Below the pieces are notes generated by a model. It made no database searches and was not told the origin of the DNA. It saw only the letters and a program-made list of their open reading frames with translations. From Candidatus Latescibacterota bacterium (GTDB lineage Bacteria; Latescibacterota; UBA2968; GCA-2709665): a stretch of DNA of 64,000 nt. The translations under genes were made by a program, and so were the position numbers. Shown one piece after another: positions 10,467 through 20,770 of this stretch (its first letter is position 1; each line of letters starts with the position of its first letter). The stretch lies in contig OZ242358.1 in assembly GCA_965208835.1 (NCBI GenBank), positions 512,001 through 576,000 of the forward strand, written 5' to 3'.

Positions 10467-11081
10467 TTACTCATCGTCCTCGATCACGAGGCCTTCTTCC
10501 TTGCTTGGCGCCAGTACCTCATCGATCACCCCGTACTCCAGGGCCTCGTCGGCGGACATGAAGAAATCCCGATCGGCATCCTTGGCAACCCGCTCGATCG
10601 GCTGCCCGGTCTGCTCCGCCAGAATCTCGTTGAGCCTGTCCCGCCACTGGAGGATTTCCCTGGCATGGCGTTCCACGTCTGAAGCCTGACCGCCGGCTCC
10701 GCCCATGGGCTGATGCACGAGGATCCGGGAATTCGGGAGGGCGCGCCGCTGCCCCTTTGTGCCACCGGCAAGGAGCACGGCGGCGATACTGAATGCCTGG
10801 CCGACGCAAACGGTTTCGACTTCGTTGGGCACGTACTGCATGGTATCGTAAATGGCCAGTCCGGCCGTAATACTGCCCCCTGGCGAATTGATGTACAACC
10901 GAATGGTCTTGTCCGGCGATTCCGAACTGCAGAACAGCATCTGGGCAATCACCAGGTTTGCAATGGTATCGTTGATCGGAAACCCGATGAAGATAATATT
11001 GTCCCTTAAGAGACGGGAGAAGATGTCGTAGGACCGTTCGCCCAGCCCCGTCTTCTCCAATACCATGGGTACAAGTGCCAT
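10467..11081 (-). CDS. clpP: Clp protease proteolytic subunit
   Basis: [28 protein letters not shown]. Confidence 0.97.
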   Translation of the reverse strand: MALVPMVLEKTGLGERSYDIFSRLLRDNIIFIGFPINDTIANLVIAQMLFCSSESPDKTIRLYINSPGGSITAGLAIYDTMQYVPNEVETVCVGQAFSIAAVLLAGGTKGQRRALPNSRILVHQPMGGAGGQASDVERHAREILQWRDRLNEILAEQTGQPIERVAKDADRDFFMSADEALEYGVIDEVLAPSKEEGLVIEDDE

Positions 11082-11133
11082 AAGCGTCTAATCTCCCTCC
11101 CTCTTCGGTCCTGAATCCGTAACGCGGGCCGTC

Positions 11134-12441
11134 CTATTTTGCGTCGACTTCTTCGATTTCGGCATGTTCGATCAGAAAATCGAACGTCTTTTCCGTCAGC
11201 AGGTTGGACTCGATTCTTTCGATCTGGTCCGAACGTTTGAGTATCTGTCGGAGTTGTTCGCGTTCCGTGTTGTATCGACGCGACATGACGTCGAGTTGGC
11301 TGTCCATCTCCGCCTCTTCCACTTCCAGTTCTTCCTGCTTCTGGATCGCCTCCATTAATATATGACGCTTCAAGCCGCGAATGGTGCCCTCGCGGCTTTC
11401 CTGGCGAATCGCGTCTTCATCGATGTCCTGTTCGCGTCCTTCGTGTTCTTTCTTCTGATTCTCCACCAACGTGTCCAGCGCACTTTCAACCATGGTCTCA
11501 GGAAGGTCGAACGCGTTTTTTCGAATCAATTCGTCTACGATGTGGCCCTCGAGATAGCGCCGGGAGGCGAAATCGGCCTGCGCTTGGAGATCGGTCCGGA
11601 TCTGAGCCGTGAGTTCGTCCAGCGACTCGAACTGACCCTGATCTTTGGCGAATTCGTCGTCCAGTTCCGGCAGCGTGCGTTCCCGAACCTCTCTTGCCGA
11701 AAACATCATGCGGATCTCACGTCCATCCTGGTGTTGGGAACCCTCGTTTTGGGCTTCGTTTTCGTCTTCACCCGTATGCGTCAGCACAATCCGCCGGGTT
11801 TCGCCCGCGGAAATGCCCACAAGCTGATTGTCGAGGTCGTGGTTGGCGTTCCTCCCGCCGATATGAAAAGGGCGTTCTTCCTGTTTGCGGCCGATAATCG
11901 GCAACCCGCTCTCATCCAGTTCCTGAAGATCGGCAACCACAACATCGCCCAACTCGGCGGGCCTGTCGACTTCCTGCTCCGTGGCGTTCTGTTCCTGGAC
12001 GCGCTGGAGTTGTTCCTCTACGTCGGCGTCCGTGACTTTAAATACGGGTCGGGTGGTTTTCAGGCCCCGGTAATCCTGTGCGACGATTTCCGGCTTGACG
12101 TCCACCGAAGCCGTAAATTTCAGCGGCTGCCCCTCTTCGTAGTTCACGTCTTCGATCGTGGCTTCCGAAATCGGAGTCAATCCCTCCGATCTGCTTGCAT
12201 CCCGGTAGCATTCCTGCATCACCTCTTGCAGGACCTCGCCCTGGATCGCCTTGCCGAACCGTTTTTTGACCAGGCTCACAGGTATCTTTCCCTTGCGAAA
12301 ACCCGGCAAATTCAACGATTTACTGTAATTCTTGTATGCGGTCTCGAATCGCCGGCGCACGTCCGCGCCAGGGACCTCGACCTCAAACGTCCTGCGCCAC
12401 GCGTCCGACTCTGAAACGGTCACTTTCATAACGTCCGGCAT
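11134..12441 (-). CDS. tig: Trigger factor
   Basis: GFRKGKIP ribosome-binding loop; tig-clpP-clpX gene order. Confidence 0.95.
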   Translation of the reverse strand: MPDVMKVTVSESDAWRRTFEVEVPGADVRRRFETAYKNYSKSLNLPGFRKGKIPVSLVKKRFGKAIQGEVLQEVMQECYRDASRSEGLTPISEATIEDVNYEEGQPLKFTASVDVKPEIVAQDYRGLKTTRPVFKVTDADVEEQLQRVQEQNATEQEVDRPAELGDVVVADLQELDESGLPIIGRKQEERPFHIGGRNANHDLDNQLVGISAGETRRIVLTHTGEDENEAQNEGSQHQDGREIRMMFSAREVRERTLPELDDEFAKDQGQFESLDELTAQIRTDLQAQADFASRRYLEGHIVDELIRKNAFDLPETMVESALDTLVENQKKEHEGREQDIDEDAIRQESREGTIRGLKRHILMEAIQKQEELEVEEAEMDSQLDVMSRRYNTEREQLRQILKRSDQIERIESNLLTEKTFDFLIEHAEIEEVDAK

Positions 12442-12636
12442 CCTTCCGACGCTTCCGCATCTTCTTTTCAGATTTCAGGACGATCCAATCGCAAATGATA
12501 AGTAAACGCAGCGGTTTTGTCAATTCGTTTGCCGCAGACGCAAGGGGTTTCGTCCGAGGGACGCGAATTACCCGATCCCGACTGCTGCAGCGGGAGATGC
12601 ACCTTCTCTCGCACCATTCAAGGCGACGCTGGCACG

Positions 12637-12668
12637 AAAAAAAATCCGGACACGACTCCTGCCCGGAT
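12637..12668 (-). terminator. Intrinsic terminator after the radical SAM gene
   Basis: ATCCGGACA...TGCCCGGAT stem followed by 8 T on the minus strand. Confidence 0.65.
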
Positions 12669-12693
12669 CTGATCAACGTCTGTGGGCGGTACC

Positions 12694-14631
12694 TCAGGAG
12701 GCCACCGGCTCCTGTGCGTCCGGCGCCGCAATGATCTTTCGAATGGTGTCCTTCTCGGAGCCGCAGCAGCCACTGCCATTTTCGTTTCCGTTGATGACCG
12801 GCAGCTCGAGTTCGCCGTCTTCGGTCTCCCGGACCCGCAGCGTGTGTTCCGTCCCGGGCAGCGGCATGTCGCGGTTGCCCGCGTAAATGGAGTGCCGACC
12901 CCTGGTCTTGAACCACTCGGCCGTTGTAGCGGTCATATGCATATTTTCTATAATCTGACGCCAGCCGACGCCCGTGTTGTAAGCGCAGAAGGAGATTTCG
13001 CCCTCCTGGGTCCCGTACGGAATTACGCACATTTCAGTTCGGCGGAAATCGTAGGTCCACAGATCCTGGAACCACATTCCGCCTACCCACATAATGCGCC
13101 ACTGCCTGTCTTCCGGTCTGGGACCGCCGCTGATGGAACCCCCCACCCTGCGGTCGAGAATCCGCGCGAGGTCCTGAATGCCGAACCCGGCCGGCGCTTT
13201 CTTCGGGTTGAAGTTCCGGAGCAGCGACATGCCCACCTGCAGCTTGATCCATCCGGGGTCGCGCGCGGTGTCCGTCATCACCTCGATGTCCTTCATAAAC
13301 TGTTCCTGGTTGAAGAACTCGGTGATGGTCGCCCACTTCCCCGTTTTCTCGTTTACGACGATGTGGGCGGCGGAACCACAGTTGGGGTGGCAGGAGCAGG
13401 TCTGACCCCCGAACTCAACGTCCTCCCCGCGCAGATGGTCTGCCAGCGTGGTAAACAGCGTCCCCGCTCCCAGCGGGTACCAGTCCCGGTGGGCGTCGAT
13501 CTTCCCGTTGGACCACGTCTGAAGATCGTGTGCGAGGTGGGATATGGTGTAGCGCTGCCGGTGCCGCATTTCGTCGGAGATGTCTTCGTCGCGTCCGGTA
13601 AACGACACGGGCTGGAAGGATATCGAACCGACCTTGTCGCTGTTGTCGATGCAGAACTGGAGTATCGGCCCTACCTGATCGTTATTGATGGTATTCAATA
13701 CGGTTGTGACGGGCGTGATATCGATACCGGCGCGGGACAGATTCTCAATTGCCAGCAGCTTGGCGTCGAACAGATTGGAAATCTGCCGATGCTGGTTGGC
13801 CGCATTGGTTACGCCGTCGAACTGCAGGTACGCCATGTCGAAACCGGCCGCCTTCGCCTCGAACGCGAAATCCGGCTCTTTGGCGAAGCGCACCCCGTTG
13901 GTTGCGGCCTGCACGCACCAATAGCCGACCTCCTTGGCATACCGGCACGCATCGAGAAAATGAGGCGAAATCGTGGGCTCTCCGCCCGAAAACTGTACCG
14001 ACATCTGCCGGCGCGGTTTGAAGGAAATCGATGCGTCCAGGATCCGCTTCACGTCATCAAGGGTGAGTTCGTGGACGTACCCCACCTGGTTCGCGTCCAT
14101 GAAACAGGGATTGCACATCATATTGCAGCGGTTGGTGAGGTCGATCGTCAGCACGGCCCCCCTGCCGTACTTGATGCTGGACGTCCCGTGCCGGTGCACG
14201 TGCTCGTCTCCCCATGTGCGGTAATCGCGTCCGGGGAAACGGCCCTCAATCAGGCGCGTAAATTCCGGATCGATAGAGAGCACGTCTTCATAGGTGCCGT
14301 GGACCGAGCAGGTCTTCCGCATGATGATACACCCGTTTTCCTCGAGGATCTCCGCCTTGATCTCTCCGGGATTCCCGTGTACCAGTTCCGCGACGTCCCG
14401 GGTACCTTCGATGATGGCGGTCCGGACCTCCTTCACGCAATCGGGACACAGCGAATCGGTTTCGCGCGGAAAACCGAGTGTCGGCATGGATCGCTGATAA
14501 CTCTTCAGCAGCGGCGCCGACGCCCATGCAGGCTGGAACGGCTGACCCTCGGGGAGCCTGGTATTCACGCTCTGGAAGACATTCCAGGCGACGTTGGCAG
14601 CCCCCGAAACGACGCGGTCACGAAAACTCAT
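12694..14631 (-). CDS. Radical SAM protein, tetraether synthase (Tes/GDGT-MAS, MJ0619)-like
   Basis: N-terminal metal site TDSLCPDC...KTCSVHG; radical SAM motif TNRCNMMCNPCF; FSGGEPT; YLQFDG; auxiliary motifs CSCHPNCG and CVIPY...ISFCAYN. Confidence 0.8.
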   Translation of the reverse strand: MSFRDRVVSGAANVAWNVFQSVNTRLPEGQPFQPAWASAPLLKSYQRSMPTLGFPRETDSLCPDCVKEVRTAIIEGTRDVAELVHGNPGEIKAEILEENGCIIMRKTCSVHGTYEDVLSIDPEFTRLIEGRFPGRDYRTWGDEHVHRHGTSSIKYGRGAVLTIDLTNRCNMMCNPCFMDANQVGYVHELTLDDVKRILDASISFKPRRQMSVQFSGGEPTISPHFLDACRYAKEVGYWCVQAATNGVRFAKEPDFAFEAKAAGFDMAYLQFDGVTNAANQHRQISNLFDAKLLAIENLSRAGIDITPVTTVLNTINNDQVGPILQFCIDNSDKVGSISFQPVSFTGRDEDISDEMRHRQRYTISHLAHDLQTWSNGKIDAHRDWYPLGAGTLFTTLADHLRGEDVEFGGQTCSCHPNCGSAAHIVVNEKTGKWATITEFFNQEQFMKDIEVMTDTARDPGWIKLQVGMSLLRNFNPKKAPAGFGIQDLARILDRRVGGSISGGPRPEDRQWRIMWVGGMWFQDLWTYDFRRTEMCVIPYGTQEGEISFCAYNTGVGWRQIIENMHMTATTAEWFKTRGRHSIYAGNRDMPLPGTEHTLRVRETEDGELELPVINGNENGSGCCGSEKDTIRKIIAAPDAQEPVAS

Positions 14632-14787
14632 CTCGTGGTCCCTTCAAAATGGTCCAAACAATTCAGATTCAACATTTTGTCACGATGTACTCACGTCCGA
14701 ATGATGAAATAGTTCGATTATTCACGGCGCATAGCAAAAGGAATATAAACAAAAACTACTTGCCGTCAAGCGCTTCGTGTTCAGTTG

Positions 14788-15567
14788 TTACACTCGTTGC
14801 CGCATAATTCGTCTCATATTTTCTCCGAAGATTCCCTTGCGCTGGCGCGCCGTGATCGCCGCTCCCAGCACCTTGCCCACCCCGGCCTCCATCGACACAT
14901 CCGTCGCAAACAGCACGCGGCCCGCCCCCAACTGGCGCACGGCCATCTCGATGAATCCGTCGTCGTTCAGGCTTCCGCTGGTATCCACGTATACATTCGG
15001 GACATCCCGCAGTGTCTTGATCGCCCACTCCCAGTCTCCCACGATCGGATGCCCCTCTATTATGGTAACTTCGGGATAGAGTCGCGCCAGCCGCGCAAAG
15101 TCGCCGCTGTCCGAGCGGTATGTCTGCCACGGTCTGCCGGACACGGGCGTCTGCTTTCCGCCGTGGTGCAGAATCGGCACGCGCAGTTCGATGCACCGCT
15201 CCACGATCGGCAACACCATGGGGTCCCAGCACCTGCATTGGTTGTAGAGCTTCACGCCCATCATACCGTGCTTCAGAACACACCGGTCAATTTCATCTCT
15301 CGCTTCATGCTGGAACCGGGGATCCAGAAATGCATATCCCAGAATGCGTCCGGGAAATCGCCGCATGGCGTAGATGACGCTGTCGTTCACCTCCCGCATT
15401 CCGTCCGGCCGGGGGTTGTCCAATCCCTGAATCGGTATCGAACAGCAGAGCTGATCTATCTTCAGTCGATCCGCCGCTTCGATCACCATCCGGTCGTCGG
15501 TCCATTTGCCCCGCCAGCCCACGGATGCGAGATTACCGGCGACGTGCATGTGCGCATCGATCCGCAT
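14788..15567 (-). CDS. Amidohydrolase_2 family metallohydrolase
   Basis: IDAHMH, GVKLY, ILHH, VDTSG, VLFATD. Confidence 0.85.
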   Translation of the reverse strand: MRIDAHMHVAGNLASVGWRGKWTDDRMVIEAADRLKIDQLCCSIPIQGLDNPRPDGMREVNDSVIYAMRRFPGRILGYAFLDPRFQHEARDEIDRCVLKHGMMGVKLYNQCRCWDPMVLPIVERCIELRVPILHHGGKQTPVSGRPWQTYRSDSGDFARLARLYPEVTIIEGHPIVGDWEWAIKTLRDVPNVYVDTSGSLNDDGFIEMAVRQLGAGRVLFATDVSMEAGVGKVLGAAITARQRKGIFGENMRRIMRQRV

Positions 15568-15793
15568 GCCTGCCGCTCCTTTTAGGAAGACCCTGCCGCA
15601 AGACCTTGACGCCCCGATTGCCAATCCCTATTATGGCTCACCCGGAACGGATTTACAAGCAGTTTCGACGCGTTTTCAGATTCAATAGGGTCAGATCACG
15701 GATGCCCGGGGAAGGCGATCCCGGAACAACCCCACACGGGCGCGGAACGGCTGCCGGCAATGCGCTACCGCGATTTATTACAGGAGAAATCCC

Positions 15794-16696
15794 ATGCGCC
15801 GGTTTACCCGAAAACCTTATCTGACAGGGTCCGAAGCCGTCGAGCGCGGCCAGGTTCGCGGCACGATCGAACTCGGCGAGACGCTCGTCATCGAAACGCC
15901 CGGCGGCGCCGACGGCGATCTGAAGCCGGGGGTCATCCCCGAAACCACCACGCCGCGGGGCTCGCGCCAGGGGGGTCCGTTTCTCATCGAGGGTGTTGTT
16001 CCCGGCGACTGGGTTTCCATCGAAGTCATCGATATCGAAGTGGGTCCCTATGGGTACTACAACAACGGCGGACCGTTTCGAGGCAGCCTGCGTTCGGTCG
16101 CTCCTGTAAAAGACGGCTTCCTGCACTTCCCTCCGGACTTCGTGGTCCCGGTCCGACCGATGATCGGCGTTATGCAACTGGCGCCCGTCTCCGAGGACAC
16201 GGGTCCCTGGAACCATGGCGGCAACATGGACTTCAATTCCATCTGTCCGGGCAGTATCGTGCATATCCGCGCCCAACGATACGGCGGCCACTTCTACGTG
16301 GGCGACGTCCACGCCCGCATGGGCGACGGCGAACTCACCGGCACCGGCGTGGAAATCGACTCCGCGCTCACGCTGCGATTCGATCGCTCGCCGGGTTTTC
16401 CCGCCGGCGGGCCGGTCGTGGAAACCGGCGACGAGATCCTGACCAGCGGAATGGGCGCAAACTGGGAAGAAGCGCTGAAAATCGCCTGGACGGACATGGT
16501 CGGTCTCATCGCAGACCGTTACGATACCACCGTGGAACACGCGAATCTGATTGTGGGTACGATAGGCGACGCGAGGCCGGGGTACGCGGCGGGCCAGCTG
16601 AATACCCGGGGTTTCAGAAGAGAAAACGCGTACGTCACCTGTCAGATCGGCATCACGAAAGACTTGAAGAGAACCGGTCGACCCTTCCAGCCGTAA
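15794..16696 (+). CDS. Acetamidase/formamidase family protein
   Basis: GPFLIEG, PMIGV, HGGNMD, VGDVHARMGDGELTGTGVE. Confidence 0.85.
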   Translation: MRRFTRKPYLTGSEAVERGQVRGTIELGETLVIETPGGADGDLKPGVIPETTTPRGSRQGGPFLIEGVVPGDWVSIEVIDIEVGPYGYYNNGGPFRGSLRSVAPVKDGFLHFPPDFVVPVRPMIGVMQLAPVSEDTGPWNHGGNMDFNSICPGSIVHIRAQRYGGHFYVGDVHARMGDGELTGTGVEIDSALTLRFDRSPGFPAGGPVVETGDEILTSGMGANWEEALKIAWTDMVGLIADRYDTTVEHANLIVGTIGDARPGYAAGQLNTRGFRRENAYVTCQIGITKDLKRTGRPFQP

Positions 16697-16710
16697 CAGG
16701 AGTCCATTTT

Positions 16711-18867
16711 ATGTTCCATCACGACGAATTCCCCGATAAACTCGTTCATATCTCCGATGCCTCGTTCTTCGAAGCCCTTGACCCCGGCCGTCACGGACTT
16801 GAAGAGGTCCGGAACGATGCGGATTCGAGACGCTACGATGAGGCATTCGGCGCGTGGTGGCGGCATTTTCTCTCCCGGAGCCATCCGGTTAACCCCTTTG
16901 CGCGTTCGGATGAGCAACTCAGGTCCAGGGTTGTGGCCAACCGCGATCTGGCCGACACAATCGTCAAGGGGGGGCGGCGGCAGTTCGGACAGGTCGAAAT
17001 CGACTTCGCCGGTCCGGTCGCGTTCAACGCCTGGTTCGGCGACCAGTCCAAATACGGCTTCCATTACCTCGGCTGGATGGATTGCCTGACCAGGGCCGCC
17101 CTGGACACGCGGGATGAGCGGTACATCGCAGCCTACCTCGAAATCTTCCGGCAGTGGTACGCCGCCAGACACGAAATCAGAGGCGCTCGCCGGATGCATC
17201 CGGTCTTCTACGAACTGGGTCTCTCCGTAAGAAGCCACAGGTTCGTGAACTTCCTATCCGCCGTGAAACTTCTGGAAATGGGACACCTGCTCTCCCCGGA
17301 CCACATCCGCCAGCTATTCAAGTCGTTCCTGGGTGCGGCCCGGTGGCTGACGCTAGAACAGAACGCCACGGGATACCGCGAGGGCAACTGGCAGGTGCAC
17401 GGCATCTCGGGCATGATCCTGATCGGGTTCCTTCTGCCCGAATTCCGCGAGTCCGGCGACTTCCGTGCCGTCGGCGCGCACTACCTCGAGCAACATATGG
17501 AGAAGGACTACCACGCGGACGGCGGTCACAGCGAGCGCTGCTATTCGTACGGAAGCGGATGCCTGCGCCACCTGGAAGAAGCCACCCTTCTGGCAGAAGC
17601 GAACCCGGACCTTCAGCCGCCGGCGACGCTCGATTGGCGGGAGCGCACCTCGAATGCCTACGCCTGGTTCCTCAAGATGGCGGGTCCCGGAGGCGAGATG
17701 CCCGGCATCAACGACGGCAGCTTTCTGGACGGGACGGGACTCCTGAAACAGGCGTGTGACTTCACAGGAGACGGGACGTATCTCTGGCCCGTCCGCCACA
17801 AGCTGGACGCAATTGTCCCGGAGCCGGCGAAACCCGGTTTCGAGAGCCTTCGCCTGGAAACCAGCGAGTTCTGCGTGATGCGCTCGGGCTGGGAACCTGA
17901 AGACGCGTTCATGCTCATCAACCACGGGCAGTGGCCCGGCGGCCACAGCCACATGGGCATTCTGGACATCAATCTCTACGCCTTCGGTGTGCCCCTGGCC
18001 GCCGAAGTCTCCCGCTTCGGTCCCTACGACGCCCCGTGGGATATGTACTTTCGCTCCGAACAGGCGCACAACCACGTCGTCATCGAAGGAGCACCGTCAG
18101 CCCGTCCTGATATCCGCGGCGAGCAGATTCAATTCGGCAGCACCGCATCCTGCGACTTCTTCTCCGGCCGGCACCGCGCGTACGAAGCCAGTGCAGGAGT
18201 CATTATCGAACGCCGGATCCTGTTCTTCAAACCGTGGGGCTTCCTCGTCTCCGATGCCGTCGGGTGCTCGCATCGCCGGAGAAGCGCGCTGTGGTACCTG
18301 CACAGCGTCTTTCCATTCGTCAAGCACGATACTGTGGCCGCGGCCGAAGGTGACCGCAGGGGCCTCCTCGTTGCCCCCGCGAATACCAGGCAGCTCAAAT
18401 ACGCATTCAGCGGGATCGATTACCTGGAGGAAATGGTCAGGGAAATCCCCGTATACTCCGGTCACCCGCCAGCCGCCCAGTGGCCGGACCGGTATTTCAT
18501 CGCGCTGCGAGGCTGGGGGGTTGAGGAGCCTGTCGTCCCGTTCGACGTCCTCCTGCTGCCGTATCGGGGCGCTCGTCCCGATGCGAGCGTGACGACGCTC
18601 GAGTGTCGGATTGACGGCCGCGCCGAATCCCCGGTTCTGCCCCGCGCGCTCGAAATTACCGCGGAAGACCATCGCTTTCTCGTGATTCACGGCGCTCCGG
18701 GTATCTCCGTGGCCGCCAATGACATTTCCTTTTCGGGACACACCGCCGCCATCGAATACACGAACGACCGTCCGTCGAAAGCCCTGGTTCAGCGCGGCAG
18801 CCACCTGACCGTAGACGGGCGGAACATCGCCGTCTCCAACCAACCGACACAGGAAATCGAACTCTGA
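16711..18867 (+). CDS. Heparinase II/III-like polysaccharide lyase family protein
   Basis: ATG 16711 after a CAGGAG RBS; GNWQ, DGGHSERCYSY, PGINDG, VMRSGW, GGHSH, AHNHVVIEG. Confidence 0.8.
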   Translation: MFHHDEFPDKLVHISDASFFEALDPGRHGLEEVRNDADSRRYDEAFGAWWRHFLSRSHPVNPFARSDEQLRSRVVANRDLADTIVKGGRRQFGQVEIDFAGPVAFNAWFGDQSKYGFHYLGWMDCLTRAALDTRDERYIAAYLEIFRQWYAARHEIRGARRMHPVFYELGLSVRSHRFVNFLSAVKLLEMGHLLSPDHIRQLFKSFLGAARWLTLEQNATGYREGNWQVHGISGMILIGFLLPEFRESGDFRAVGAHYLEQHMEKDYHADGGHSERCYSYGSGCLRHLEEATLLAEANPDLQPPATLDWRERTSNAYAWFLKMAGPGGEMPGINDGSFLDGTGLLKQACDFTGDGTYLWPVRHKLDAIVPEPAKPGFESLRLETSEFCVMRSGWEPEDAFMLINHGQWPGGHSHMGILDINLYAFGVPLAAEVSRFGPYDAPWDMYFRSEQAHNHVVIEGAPSARPDIRGEQIQFGSTASCDFFSGRHRAYEASAGVIIERRILFFKPWGFLVSDAVGCSHRRRSALWYLHSVFPFVKHDTVAAAEGDRRGLLVAPANTRQLKYAFSGIDYLEEMVREIPVYSGHPPAAQWPDRYFIALRGWGVEEPVVPFDVLLLPYRGARPDASVTTLECRIDGRAESPVLPRALEITAEDHRFLVIHGAPGISVAANDISFSGHTAAIEYTNDRPSKALVQRGSHLTVDGRNIAVSNQPTQEIEL

Positions 18868-18887
18868 CTCGGGTCAGATCTACCCCC

Positions 18888-19027
18888 TAAAGGCGGTGAG
18901 ACGTAAGACGTAAGCCGGTAGAAGATATCTTTGCCCGATGTTTATTCCTTCTTGCCTCCGGCACGAAATGATTCCTCACGAGGCAGGTGATCTCTCCCCT
19001 CTCCCGTCTTCCGTCTCCCCGCATTGA
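18888..19027. mobile_element. ~140-bp heptamer-armed MITE-like repeat, copy B (inverted core)
   Basis: TAAAGGCGGTGAGACGTAAGACG...CTTGCCTCCGGCACGA...CGTCTCCCCGCATTGA. Confidence 0.75.
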
Positions 19028-19087
19028 AGGAACACGCCGTAGGCAGGGAATTTGGGGAGAAGTGATTCTGATTTGGGTTTTCGCCTT

Positions 19088-19121
19088 TGACTGATGACTG
19101 ACGTCTGACCGCTGACAGCTC
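19088..19121. repeat. CTGA heptamer array (reverse complement of the TCAGC type)
   Basis: TGACTGATGACTGACGTCTGACCGCTGACAGCTC. Confidence 0.6.
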
Positions 19122-19141
19122 TATCTTGTAAGGACCACCAG

Positions 19142-20725
19142 ATGCCGCAACCACGAATGATGTTCTACCACGACGGACGCCATCCCCTCATCTATATGTA
19201 CGAGCCCCCCATGCAAAAGGAGGAATTCGAAGCCGGCGTGGATGAACTGGCGGGCACGCCCGTGGACGCCATCATGTTCTGTCTGGGCGACGGCCGCACC
19301 TTCCTTCACGACACGAAAGTCGGCGAGATCTGGGGCCATAACGTGAATGATTGGCCCCACCTCATCTTCGACAGGGCAAACCGGAACGCCATGCGGCTCA
19401 TCCGGGAAGGCCACGATCCCCTGCGCCTCATCTGCGACCGGGCCCACGAAAAGGACCTGCTCTTCTACCCCACCCTTCTGGTGCAGCAGGGCCGCGGAGG
19501 CCGCGACGAGGACGTCCGGTGCTCCGACTTCCGGTTTGAAAATACCCACCTGGAAATCGGCGCACGGGGAGACCTCGACCCGGAGTTTCCCGGGCTGACC
19601 TGCCTCGACTTCACGCACTCCGAGGTCAGGGAAGAACGGTTCGCCATTGTCGAGGAAACGCTGAACGTCTATCCGGTCGACGGCTTCGAGTTGCAACTCA
19701 ACTACACGCCGTATTATTTCCACCCTGACGCGGTCGAAGATGGCAGTAAGGTCATGACTGAATGGATCGCCCGGATCCATCGCGCCGTCAGGAACAGCGG
19801 CCGCGAGCGCGAACTCGCCGTACGGATTCCGGCCAGTATCGAGGGGTGCCTGCAGGTGGGGTTGGACGTTCGGGAATGGCTGCGGCTGGGAATCGTCGAC
19901 GTCCTGATCGGGCAGACATTCTCTACCCCTGAACTGCTCGACTCGACGGTCGACTTCGGCGGGCTCGTTGACGCGGCCGAAGGCACCGGGTGCCGGGTCC
20001 ACGCCGCGCTGGACAGCCACGTGGACTCCGACCGCCTGGCCGAAGCCACCATCGAAATGATCCGGGGAGCGGCCTGCAACTACTGGGCGCAGGGGGTTGA
20101 CGGCCTCTACATGGCCCACTGGTTTGGCAACTGGCCCTACCAGGCGTCATTCTATGAGAAGCTGCGGGAACTGCCCCACGCGGACGTGATGGCCCCGAAG
20201 GACAAGCACTACTACGTTCCCACCGAGACCGGGCGGTACCCCAGGCCCGTCACCGAACCCGGCGTTGCCATGGGCCTCCCCGCGGCGCTGACCCCGGAAG
20301 AACCGGCCCGCGTTTCAATCAGGGTCAGTGATGACCTCCCCCGCTGGGATGAAACCGGACGGGTGCACGACATTCTGCTTCGCGTGCGGATTATGAATGC
20401 CACGGAACGGGACCGGTTTCGTTTCCGCTTGAACGGCAAGGAACTTCCGGACGCGCAATTGCGCAGGATCAACGAGATGTACCGCATGAGCGCCCCGCGA
20501 TACCGGACCGGCTGCGGATACTGGTTCGTATTCCGGCCGGACCGCGCAAACTGGCCGCGCCAGGGCCGGAACGAACTGGAGGTCGGCCTGCTCGAACGGG
20601 ACCCGGACGTCACACCGGACGTCTACGTCCGCGACCTGGAGCTGGAGATCAGGTACCTCATGGGGAGGAGCTTTCACCGGATGGACGATCCGGATCTGGG
20701 AAAGTCCGAACCTACCGGGGAGTAA
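19142..20725 (+). CDS. GHL10/DUF187-like putative glycoside hydrolase, paralog 1
   Basis: YHDGRH, G.DPL..ICDRAHE, LDFTHSEVRE, YPVDGFELQ, GVDGLY; C-terminal beta-sandwich. Confidence 0.65.
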   Translation: MPQPRMMFYHDGRHPLIYMYEPPMQKEEFEAGVDELAGTPVDAIMFCLGDGRTFLHDTKVGEIWGHNVNDWPHLIFDRANRNAMRLIREGHDPLRLICDRAHEKDLLFYPTLLVQQGRGGRDEDVRCSDFRFENTHLEIGARGDLDPEFPGLTCLDFTHSEVREERFAIVEETLNVYPVDGFELQLNYTPYYFHPDAVEDGSKVMTEWIARIHRAVRNSGRERELAVRIPASIEGCLQVGLDVREWLRLGIVDVLIGQTFSTPELLDSTVDFGGLVDAAEGTGCRVHAALDSHVDSDRLAEATIEMIRGAACNYWAQGVDGLYMAHWFGNWPYQASFYEKLRELPHADVMAPKDKHYYVPTETGRYPRPVTEPGVAMGLPAALTPEEPARVSIRVSDDLPRWDETGRVHDILLRVRIMNATERDRFRFRLNGKELPDAQLRRINEMYRMSAPRYRTGCGYWFVFRPDRANWPRQGRNELEVGLLERDPDVTPDVYVRDLELEIRYLMGRSFHRMDDPDLGKSEPTGE

Positions 20726-20770
20726 TCGCACCGGGAGAGACATCACCTGGCCTGAGGGGATACGTTCACG

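Noticed and set aside
12442-12693. Possible tRNA upstream of tig
   Set aside because: No cloverleaf or T-loop motif was found, only a terminator hairpin.
75-14712. Long plus-strand ORFs (e.g. 75-884, 2713-4158, 4293-5456, 9143-10240, 12682-14712)
   Set aside because: They are antisense shadows of clear minus-strand genes, which is expected in high-GC DNA.
15760-18867. 1035-aa ORF as a single protein
   Set aside because: The first 317 codons are an Arg-rich off-frame shadow of the amidase gene. The real gene starts at ATG 16711, which has its own RBS.
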